A stretch of 64,000 nt of DNA from Octopus sinensis. Lineage: Eukaryota. The notes beneath the pieces are model-generated. The model was given only the letters and a program-made list of their open reading frames with translations. It ran no database searches and was not told the DNA's origin. The position numbers were made by a program, and so were the translations under genes. The DNA is taken from the NCBI RefSeq assembly GCF_006345805.1, contig NC_042997.1, positions 172,670,001 through 172,734,000 of the forward strand, written 5' to 3'. Shown piece after piece: positions 11,216 to 21,690 of this stretch (position 1 is the stretch's first letter; the number at the start of each line of letters is the position of its first letter).

Positions 11216-11476
11216 CGTGAATTTTTGTTTCCTTTTTCCCCTTTATTTTCTTTGGTTTCTTGTTTTCATTTTTCCCTTTTTTTTCTCTTTCTTCCTTTTT
11301 CTCTGTCTTTCTTAACCCTTTTTTTTTCTATCACATAACTTTGTGAATGAACAAGCTGGTGTCTTTATTTTAATGGCCTACCAATGTATACAGTGAGTTT
11401 CTTTGTTCCAAGTGTCGGGAAGACACTTAGCAAGAAATGGAAACAAAATTGAAAGACGATGATGATGATGATGAGG

Positions 11477-11529
<53 letters not shown>

Positions 11530-12075
11530 TGCCCTGATGCAGTACCAGGCAGTGGCTTCATGGCTTCTGATCTTAAACTGATTGGAAGTATTATCATGTA
11601 CATTGTTTGTCTTGGTATAAAGATGGGCTACAGCAAATATTCTGCTCAATACCACAGATTTGCTTGTCAGTTGTTGACCTTAACCAGTTGAGCATGTCCT
11701 TAGTGGCTGACGATATGTGCATCTCTGATCAGAGCAGAAGTAGAAGTAGTGGGGGAGCATCATAGCCATGTGTTGAGAGGGATCTTTGGGTTGAATAGTT
11801 CACCTCTGGAAACATGGGTGGTTCTTTCAACATCCTTAAACAACCCTTTCAGGAACCGTTTGAGCGGGATGGGCTACTCAACTGAAGAAAATTTAACTGG
11901 GCCCCACCTGCAAGGTCATGCTGTTTATCTTGATATGATAACCATGTCGCGCACATTGGTTGTGATGCATGTGCCTAGTGTACCTTTATCAGACGGGTAG
12001 TCATGATGGGTATATTGGGCTTCGTAATTACCCCAGTGTCACTTTGATGGCATGAACTGCTCTCTCACTCAATAA
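11530..12075 (+). mobile_element. SINE-like family F embedded in (AAT)n
   Basis: Homologous to 39673-40146 (minus); flanked by (AAT)n on both sides. Confidence 0.8.
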
Positions 12076-12084
12076 TAATAATAA

Positions 12085-12520
12085 TAACTGACAATAGGTG
12101 GTATAAACATGTGCCAAACAAGGTACAAGACAATGACCAGGCCACAATTATCTGGGATATGCCAGTTCAAACCGACATAGAAATAAAAGCTAATTGCCCA
12201 GACATAATAATCGAGGACTGGGGTTGGGGGAACACTTGCTTACTGATAGACATTGCAGTCTTTTCAAATCAAAATATTGTCCAAAAAGGAGTGGAGAAAT
12301 TGTCAAAGCACAAAGACCTCAAAATTGAAGTATTCAAGACTTGAGGCATGAAGGTGAAAACAATACCAGTAATAATTGGAGTACTGGGCATAATAAAAAA
12401 AAAAGACATATGAACAAAAACGTAGAAGCTATACCTGGATCCTCAAGTCTACACACTATCCAAAAAATAGCCCTGCTAGGAACAACCCACATCCTACACA
12501 AGACATTATCAATTCAATAA
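12085..12520 (+). pseudogene. R4/Dong-like non-LTR retrotransposon 3' end (restriction-like endonuclease)
   Basis: IIWDMPVQTDIEIKANCPDIII...LIDIAV...EKLSKHKDLKIE...KTIPVIIGVLG is an RLE PD..D motif region. Confidence 0.85.
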
Positions 12521-12599
12521 TACAATCTAAACAAAATAACCCACAAACACAAGACACACTCTATAAAGCAATTATCCAGTGAAATAAACTTCCACTAGC

Positions 12600-12972
12600 A
12601 AACTAGATAACCAATGCATTACACACTCAACACACAATACAAGCCGTAATACAACAAAAGACTGCACCATACCTCAAGAGAAAAAAAAAGCTAACACAAT
12701 ACAATACTGGGAAGAGTTTGTGCACTCCCAACAATGGAAAAGAACACACAATATTGTACATACCCCAACAATACAGAAGTATAGCAGATGATGCAGTAGA
12801 AATTTGCCTCAAACTATCAAATGTTAAACAATTACTATATTTTAACGTAACATAAAATTTGGAAAAAAAGGTTTTGTAAGGAATTATAATACTATCCATG
12901 TATAAGAAACTCACATATTTTAAGCCTAATTTTTGACAAAAAAGGGTTCCTTATACACGTTAAAATATGGTA
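12600..12972 (+). mobile_element. pogo/Tc1-like DNA transposon remnant
   Basis: Ends cttatacacgttaaaatatgg-TA, which resembles a pogo-type TIR. Confidence 0.4.
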
Positions 12973-13589
12973 TATAATAATGATAATAACGTGGTCACAA
13001 AAAAGCCATATTTGCATATGCGGACATCACCTTCATGGAGATTGAACACTTAAGGTATAGGGGCGCTCAGCAACATACAGGAAGCACACATGGCATTAAC
13101 AGAATGACGTATCGACTGAGAAACAAGCGTGAAGTTGCAATCTGTGGGCTTGCAACTTTGCATTTGGAGAGGCAAGTTCTTGACAGCCGGTAGGTGTTCC
13201 TTAGTTTTTAACCCTCGATTATGGGGGTTAAGAACTGAGAAGTGATCACAAGCTGCTGGCCAGTCCCATTAAAAAATTGACCAGAAGAAAGTTATCCCTG
13301 AAAGGTCAGGCGGAAGTGTAAACGTTTACACATCTCGGTGATGTACCAATGCCTGAAGCGGAATGTTTTACAAGAAGAATCTAGTCAAATGTCTGTCAGG
13401 AAATTCATCTAATACTAACACACATTCACTCCTATCATTGCATGCACCAGAGACTGATGCAACTGGGAAATACCTTGACCACTGCAACAATGACTATCAC
13501 AACCAAAGCAAATCCAAATTATTGTGGGTTCCTTTTGTGAAACACGTCTTTCTGCAACACATCTCTTTGACCGAACTACAACTATGGGC

Positions 13590-13995
13590 CAAGGGTGTGG
13601 CTGTGTGGTAAGTAGCTTGCTTACCAATCACATGGTTCCAGGTTCAGTCCCACTGTGTGGCACCTTGGGCAAGTGTCTTCTACTATAGCCTCGGGTCGAC
13701 CAAAGCCTTGTGAGTGGATTTGGTTGACGGAAACTGAAAGAAGCCCGTCATATATATGTATATATACGTGTATGTGTGTGTATATGTTTGTGTGTCTGTG
13801 TTTGTCCCCTCCAACATCGCCTGACAACCGATGCTGGGGTGTTTATGTCCCCGTAACTTAGTGGTTCAGCAAAAGGGACCAATAGAATAAGTACTGGGCT
13901 TACAAAGAATAAGTCCTGGGGTAGATTTGTTTGACTAAAGGCAGTGCTCCAGCATGGCTGCAATCAAATGACTGAAACAAGTAAAAGAGTAAAAG
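13590..13995 (+). mobile_element. SINE family A, near full length
   Basis: tRNA-like head gtggctgtgtggtaagtagcttgc...ggttcagtccc, central microsatellite, tail. Confidence 0.9.
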
Positions 13996-14035
13996 AATTG
14001 GGTGTTTGTCATCTGCAGTGTTGTCAGGTACTCAC

Positions 14036-14062
14036 GGTTCTCTATCCACTGGTCAATGCAGT
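14036..14062 (-). CDS. Candidate 27-nt micro-exon or exon 3' end (xCIDQWIEN)
   Basis: Branch-like cactaat, acceptor ggtttttctacag, strong donor gtgagt; only one frame is open. Confidence 0.4.
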
Positions 14063-14379
14063 CTGTAGAAAAACCTAGCATTCTATATAATATTAGTGAA
14101 GGGTATGTGCGGCGATGGGTGTTGCCGAGAACAATTTGCATAGTCTCTTTTGGAGGGCTTTCAAGATGAAGACTATAGCCAACTCCCAAAAGCTTTTGAC
14201 ATAGCAATGATACAGGAGAGGCAAGTGGGCATTGGGTGTTACTAAGCTCTACAGGAATGAAGTGCCAACAAGCAAACTTTTATGACTTGCAAGCTGAGCG
14301 ACGAAACCATTCTGCACACCATCAGTCAGTCAGTGTCCATGCATAACTGACTTGGGGACTTAGATCGAACAGCTAAAAT

Positions 14380-14451
14380 CTGTAGTGTGATGGAGGAAAA
14401 GGACAACAGATAAAAGAAGCAAACAGGAGATAGAAATACAAAAGGCCTTAC
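14380..14451 (-). other. Candidate 72-nt spliceosomal intron
   Basis: cag|gtaagg donor, ~45-nt polypyrimidine tract, ctacag acceptor. Confidence 0.55.
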
Positions 14452-15589
14452 CTGTTAACCTCGGTGGAATGAGCGATCACTCTCAAGAAATAAATCCGAA
14501 TCCAAATTCGGATTCTCACGAAATAAACACGTCCTTTCACGCTACCGTCTCTGCTCGAACTGACCACACGTGCTTCCTGCCCACGCATGCCCCGTGCCTG
14601 AGCCACCTGCCCCTGCAGTGCTCACTTTCGTCTACCTCATCTGCAATCCCCTCCACCAACACCACATAGCTCCATCACAGCCCATAGCACTACTAACACC
14701 ACAAAATCAATCCTCATCCCTCCTTTGGTTGGGAACAACAACCATTCTTCCTCTACCTAGTGGCTGTGGTGAAAGAAGTAAGGATATTGCATTTGAAAGT
14801 TTGAAGGCCAGTGATTTCCCTTTCAGTCCACGTTCTCATCAACTTTTTCAAGATAAGAGTAGAAAGGGAAAGACTTTAACGAAAGATGGGTGAAAACAGA
14901 AGATCTGATGAGGTTGATGGGGCCTTCTCCAAATAAGCTTTTCTGAATAGTAGATACTAGGAGAAGGCCTTTTAATGTCTTCAATGCACTGAGTAATTCA
15001 GGACTTTGCATAGGTTTATAACCCAGGTCGGCTTCAAACTAAGAAGCCTATGATGAAAGACGTTCAAGTCATGACTATCAGTCCTTTTTCTTTCTTTTTT
15101 TTTTTCCTTTCTCAAATGTATTTTATTTAGAGCTATATTATTGAACTTGTGAGACCTTTCATATGTCACAAGAGAGATTTGGTTGTCGTTTCTAGGTGGT
15201 TGAACGACCTATTAGAGGCGCTTTTATAGACTTGATCTTAGTTTGTTTTCACTGGTTGCAACCGGCTAGTAGTTTTTTCTTTTTTTTTTTTTACTTTTAA
15301 AGTTTCATCTATAAATCAGTGCAGTTTTTCAACACTCCTGTTGGAATAATAATCCTTTGAAATTTGGTGGGAGGGGGCCAATCGATTAGATCGACCTCAA
15401 AAGGATGAAAATAAAGTTGACCTCAGCAAAATTCAAACTCAGAACATAAAGACAGGCGAAATATCACTAAGCATTTCGGTGGGATAATGATTCTGCCAGC
15501 TTGCCACCTTCCTATTTGAATAATAGTAACACAGATGGAGTATCCACGGATTTAGATATCCAGCTTATACGTACATTTGATTCTACCAT

Positions 15590-15829
15590 AGGCACAGGCA
15601 TGGCTGTGTGATAAGAAGTTTCCTTCTTAACCACATGGTTCTGAGTTCAGTCCGACTGTGAGACACCTTGGGCAAATGTTTTCTGCTGTAGTCTCATGCC
15701 AACCAAAGCACTGTGAGTGCATTTGGTAGACGGAAACTGAAAGAAGCTTATCGTATATATATATGTGTGTGTGTGTGTATGTATGTATACACATATATAT
15801 ACTAAACATAAATGTATACATATATGTAT

Positions 15830-15867
<38 letters not shown>

Positions 15868-16080
15868 TCTTTACTCTCTTTTACTTGTTTCAGTCATGTG
15901 ACTGTGGCCATGCTGGAGCACTGCCTTTAGTCGAGCAAATCCATCTACCAAATCCACTCACAAGGCTTTGGTTGGCCCAAGGCTATAGTTGAAGACACTT
16001 GCCCAAGGTGCCACGCAGTGGGACTGAACCCAGAACCATGTGGTTCGTAAGCAAGCTACTACACAACCACTCCTGCGCCT
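15590..16080. mobile_element. Two SINE A copies in inverted orientation around (TA)n
   Basis: Plus-strand head at 15590-15790; minus-strand internally deleted copy at 15865-16080. Confidence 0.8.
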
Positions 16081-17072
16081 ACATATATATATATATATTT
16101 ATATATAAATGGTACCTTTCTAATTTGGTAACAGTTGAAATCTCAGGCAGATATTTTAACAAAATGCATTTTTTCTTACAAGGGAGAATACTCTTAGCAT
16201 CAGCTTGTATTATCTCCCTTCTCAACAGCCTTAACTGTAACATTTGTGAGAGTCAAGTTAGACTCCAGTCTTTTTCGGTGCGATATCTATTACACTTTCG
16301 CCACTGCTCTAAGTAAATTACAGGGGAGTATTTATTACTAACTTCTAATCCAAACTGGTTGAGTAGTTAAGGTGTCTTCCAGCTTGACTCACCAGTCTAC
16401 TGTTCACACCCTGCAGTATCTCTGAACCATTCACGTACGTCTAAACGCATCGGCTAACTCCGTTGGGGCAATAAACATTTAATACTATGATGCGACAAGG
16501 GAACCTCTATGCGGTCGCTCGACCTGCTAGAATTAACAGCCAAATCTAATTCAAATCACATCTTAAAAAGAGGGAAGGACATTAAATAATGTAATCTGAG
16601 ATACTCCTAAAAACGCGGGACGGACATAGCAGAAAGGCGTTTATTTGGTCGCAAGTCTGCTCAATCAAAGTTCATTTGAGTTTGACCGACATCATAATAC
16701 TCCACGAAGGTTACCGAGGATGGCCTAGAATCTTCTCCGATCGGTCTCATCTACTAAAACAAATAGAAATCAGATTCAAACAGCATTTACTTGGACAATG
16801 CACAAGCAATGTTTGCTGGGCCGCTAATTGCAAGGTTCTTGTCATCGTTTGCGGCTCGCTTTACCGAGATGGCAGATGATGCCCGTGAAGGGTGCTTGGC
16901 TTTTTCAACGCCTAAGTCTTGCCATCGCCAGTGGTAAATGCCGCGAGAGTGTTTGCTTGCTTCAGTAGGTGTGCGACCAACTGTGGCACTTGGTACTGCA
17001 TCGATGTTTTCCCTTTCTCCTTTTATTTTTGTTTGTTTTTGGTCTGTATAGATTATACAACAAAATATTAGC

Positions 17073-17107
<35 letters not shown>

Positions 17108-17199
17108 ATGATAAGAAAGAAAAAAAGATTCAGGTACCTGAAGTAGTAACTAATTCGATCGTGGGTTTCATATATCATTGAAAGTTTGACTATTATTTC

Positions 17200-17880
17200 T
17201 CACTCATCGAACAGCCACTTTAGAAGCTCCCTCGATGGCTGAGCATGCAGAGGCAAAGGAAGGAGAATAATTTGATGAGCTTGAGTTGAAAGGGTATGCA
17301 GATAGCTCCCAGGAGTAGAAGCTGTTGTAAAAAAGCGGAGTTTGTAGTTATAGTGTGTGTACACATGCGTGCGTGTGTGAGTGAGGGAATTTATCATTCA
17401 CACTCAGTCAAATAGTCACCTTTCAGATTTATTCTGGGATATACAGTAGCTGCATTATCCCATAAATGTGAGCACTATTTTTGTGTGGATCTTACTTGAG
17501 GGTTTGTAACTGATCAGGGCTGATGTATATTTCCTGGTTCTAGAAATTCTCACCATTGTGATACCATTATAAAGATGATATATATGTAGAGCTACCATAA
17601 GAGATTGTGAAGTCTAGTATTTGTAACAATTTTGATGGTTTTAAGTATGTCTTATTTATGACTAACCAGTGTGAGGTACAAAGCAGTTTGCTGTTTAATC
17701 ATAGAGTGCTATTGAAAAGACAAGAGTATCAAATTCTTGCTGAAGGATCTTCTCGAAATATCTGCTGAGGGTTCAGTGTATGTTTGGTGTGTGGTGTTTA
17801 AAAGCATGTAGATAGCTCCCAGGTGTAGAAGAGTAAGAAACAATAAATGGTGAGATCAGCTATATAGGTGAAGTGATTAT
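17200..17880 (-). pseudogene. Possible PLE reverse-transcriptase C-terminal fragments (two PGSYLH-like copies)
   Basis: TPGSYLHTLSTQAH resembles the PLE thumb motif SYLHxxSxHP; motif repeated near 17820. Confidence 0.35.
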
Positions 17881-18830
17881 AAGATTATCTGAAGTGATTA
17901 TAAGGTGTATAGAAGGAACAATGTTGGAAACATAACAGAACCTTGAGATACACCAGAGATAGTAGAATGTGAAATGGAGAGAGTCTTTTTGGTGCTCTGC
18001 GCAAAGTTGCTGTCTAACAGGTAATGTCTAACTTAAGAAATGAAAGATAGTCAGAGACCATAGGCAGGCAATTTAGCTTGGAAATTTTCATCATTTCATT
18101 GCTTATTTGAAGCAAGTATGGTGATCATTTAGCAGTTTCTCACCTCTCCACACAGCTTTTTGCATTTTCTTCAACAATAGGAAGTATGGAAGAGGTACAC
18201 CAAAGTTGATAGAGTATGACATCTTTTGAACCACAGGGTTTAGGTGGCAGAGAGGAGACGAAGCAGTGTTCCACCGTCCGGATTGTTTCTCTTTATTGGC
18301 AAGTAGCTGAGCCACAGCTGTAATCCCATCTAAGTGAAGTAGATATTGATGATCCCACTCATTGTTCTTAGATAAATGAGTATATTCCAATGATCCCATA
18401 GTGCTTCTGAATCAGGAATGAGATCTTTGACAGGGGCAGAAAAAGTACCCATCTTGGAGAAAGATTGTTCTGAAACTCCCCCTGCCAAAACCTAAAGTTT
18501 GGTCTCTTCTCAAAGTATTGGACATGGATGAGGAAGCTTCTTCATAATTTCTGTCATTAAGCTAGCCTGAAGTTGATATCCATGGAGAAAATGATGTTTC
18601 TCATTAACAGCTTTCTCATCTTGACTCAACTGGCAACTTCTTACCTGATATCAGCAGGGCCAATGCCAGCAAGGAAATGCAAGTTGAGTTTATTGGTGAG
18701 TTTCAAGCAACCAGTAATTAGGGAGCTTGTATTGTTCAAATCCAAGTCAAGATTCTTAACATGGGTTGATCCTCCCCGAACAGGACATGCATATTCCGTA
18801 GTGGAATAGTGCTAGATGTGAGAGGTATGT
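17880..18830 (-). pseudogene. Highly decayed LINE ORF2 3' region (I/Nimb-like, possible RNase H)
   Basis: Fragmentary coding-like sequence with an RNase H-like segment and many stops. Confidence 0.4.
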
Positions 18831-19099
18831 TCTGTGTGATATTATTTTGATAACTGGCTTTCAATTTGCTTTCTTTCTTTCTTTCTTTATTTATTTATTT
18901 ATTTTTCTTCCTCTCTTCCTCCCTCACTTGCTTTTTTTTTTTCACATGCAATTTATACAAGAGAGTGTAATCAAAGGATTTACTAATGTCAAAAGCAACA
19001 ACATTAATTTCACCAAAGTTCTTAAGGTTTACAGAGCTCTGTTAAAAGACATAAAGAGAAGTCTTTGATGAGTCGGAGCTATACCAATGACCACTGAGC

Positions 19100-19105
19100 A
19101 GGGAG

Positions 19106-19188
<83 letters not shown>

Positions 19189-19191
19189 GAT

Positions 19192-19229
<38 letters not shown>

Positions 19230-19230
19230 T
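19100..19230. repeat. (GATA)n + (GA)n microsatellite
   Basis: Directly visible. Confidence 0.98.
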
Positions 19231-20199
19231 TGGGGAGGAGAACATATATGTATTGAAATATAAATAACTTAATGCTTAGGCAAATGTAGTGTCATTCCTC
19301 TCTAGTTAAGAGTTCAAATTTCACTGGTACCAGTGAAATAAGTTATAACTGATCAATTCAATGAATTTGTACTCCTTCACCTCTTTTTGCCTAATGTCAA
19401 CAGCAGTTGAACTCTCAACTATTCAAACTAAATAATTATCACAAAGGTGGGATAACTCTCTGCTGTAAGAAGTGATATCAGTGTAAAGTTGAGTGTTTCC
19501 TTTAGCTTGTAGTGCTGATTTCAGAGTCTCTTGTTAACTCTGCTAACAACACAGCCTTGCTTTGACTCTGTGTATGTGTGTGTGTGTGTAGCTACACTAA
19601 AGAGTCCTCAAAAATGATTTCAATAACTGGGAGTTTTTTTAACCCAAAATGATACAGGGAAAAAGGTTAATGGATTACATAGGAACTAAAATCAGATCCT
19701 TTACCTGGTCATTAGACCAGCTAGAAATAGCAGCTAAATACTCCTCAAATCATACACTACCATTTTATTTTTTTTTTAAAAAAAGGTAAAACACACTGGA
19801 CAATATAGTCTTCAGTACTCAAAAAGATTAGTATGGATGAAGCTTTTTAATCAAATTACAGTTTGACTATGACTGATCTAGAGATAAATGACCGGCATAC
19901 AAAAATATCTATGAATAAATCTATGAATAATCATTCCAGATCTTGCTGTACACAGTGCAAATAATGATTTTTTATTGGTTGGCAGATATAAATACTGATC
20001 AGCAAACAATTTTTTCACAAAGTATAAACACACTTTCATCTTAAAAGGGCGGAGGTATTTTCCTCTGACACACACAACAGCAACTCATATTTTGAGTCTA
20101 AGCCAGCCTACATAAGTTAAAAATAAATATGCGAATAATATCTCTAAGTATATAAATTTCTCAAAATGCATACACCTACACACATGCCTTATATTTATT

Positions 20200-20585
20200 T
20201 GTAAAGTCCAACCCCTCCTCAAAGCGGTAGGGTGGTGTAAATGGACAGTGTCAGAGCTATGCCGTTGGGAACTTAGGTTCCTGGTAGGGCCACCCAAGGC
20301 GGATTAGTCTGGCACCGAGCGGTATTAGGGCCACAGCCTGGCCAACGGGTCTCTGGGGAAAATTCGAAGAGGCATCTGATCAGCAGCCAGTGGCTTCGAG
20401 GTTGTTCTGTCCCTGCATCTGTGGAGACTTCGCGGCAAACAGGGCGTCCCGTCACTCGGGATATGCATGCGGAATGTCGGGGACTGCTTGTGAATTCAAT
20501 ATTCCCACGAAACTTTTTTTATGAGAAGAAGCTGGTTCAACCCGCCCTGGGCGAATGCCATCACAAGTACAAGTAAGTAAAGTAT
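20200..20585. mobile_element. CpG-rich interspersed element resembling an RTE 5' UTR
   Basis: ggtggccctaccaggaacc...cggcatagctctg on minus; gtaagtaa-like tract at the right end. Confidence 0.4.
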
Positions 20586-21103
20586 GTATGGGTTGAGGTT
20601 TCTTGTTTTTCTCAAGAGTTACTTGTGTTTTAACTCTAGATCAGAGTTTCTCAAATTTTTACCTGTAGAGCCATTTGGTTCCTGTTTTACTCAGATGGAT
20701 CCACATAACCATTCAATGTTTAGCCATTTAGCATTTAAATCAGCCATATCTGGCAAAATAATTCTACCTGTTTTATGTTCAAACTGGCAAGATTTGGCTT
20801 CTCCCATCAACCCTACTATGTAATTCTAAAAATAAACAATCACATCATTAAAATCTCAAAATAACAGAATAATGCTTGATTAATTGAAAACAATATGAAT
20901 TAATAAGTATTATTTTTGACAGAATTTTCTAAATATACTAAAGGGATAAAAAACCATATTATAGTTTTATAATAATTAAATATTATTAAGAATTGCATTT
21001 TAAAAATTGTTAAAATATTTTGTATATAATAGAAGTTTAATCAATTTTTATGAATTTGTGTTGCAAGATTCCTGATGTCAAGTTGTGTGTTGAAACAAAT
21101 ATT

Positions 21104-21376
21104 ATACAGTTCTATATTTAAGAGATGAGGAACTATGTACAATATTTACATTTGACGGATATTTGTCCTCATTTTGGTTGTTGTTAACACAACGTTTCAG
21201 CTGATATACCCTCTAGCCTTCATCAGGTGTCTTGGGGAAATTTCGAACCAGAGTTCTCATTCCTTAGGTATTTTTCAATGTTATTATTATTATTATTATT
21301 ATTCAGGTCACTGCCTGGAATCGATCTTGGAGTTAGTAGCCCGCGCTCTTAACCACTACGCCATATGCCCGTGGGC
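21104..21376 (-). mobile_element. Composite SINE: tRNA-like head + (AAT)n + PLE-type tail with hammerhead
   Basis: Head gggcatatggcgtagtggttaagagcgcgggctactaac..gatcgattcc, then (aat)n, then the HHR-bearing segment. Confidence 0.75.
21186..21231 (-). ncRNA. Minimal type I hammerhead ribozyme (dimer-type stem III)
   Basis: GACAC CTGATGA a ggct..agct GAAACGTT GTGTT: 5-bp stem I, palindromic AACGTT. Confidence 0.7.
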
Positions 21377-21429
21377 ATTTCCACCATCCATACAGTGTAA
21401 AGAGAGGGATTGCTCAGTGCCTAAAACAT

Positions 21430-21690
21430 TGAGCTAAGTATATTAGTAGCGATCATGATACACACCACGAAGAAATGATCATGCTCAGTAACAATCTATT
21501 AAGCAACAACAACCCTAAAAACGTACTATCCGCTCCAATTATGAAGAAAAGAGGGGATGAAACCAATAAACTATCCACAGTCTGTCTACCCTATGTGAAT
21601 GGCCTCTCCAAAAAGATGCAAAAGATATGTGGCCCATATGACATCAGGACAGTATTCAAGAGTAATACAACACTTTGTCACCAGCAGAGG
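21430..21690 (+). pseudogene. Penelope-like RT to GIY-YIG linker fragment
   Basis: VCLPYVNGLSKKMQKICGPYDIRTVFKSNTTL is the typical PLE LPY..G.S motif. Confidence 0.7.

Noticed and set aside
13005-13340. snRNA gene suggested by the octamer ATTTGCAT
   Set aside because: No recognisable U1/U2/U4/U5/U6 or 7SK sequence nearby.
13400-13490. Selenoprotein C-terminus (..CMQ-TGA-TAG) with downstream SECIS
   Set aside because: No AUGA..AA..GA SECIS core was found in the downstream hairpins, and the exon linkage is speculative.
14240-14320. Signal-peptide ORF MVCRMVSSLSLQVIKVCLLALHS spliced to the micro-exon
   Set aside because: It would need a weak GTAGAG donor; unsupported without transcript data.
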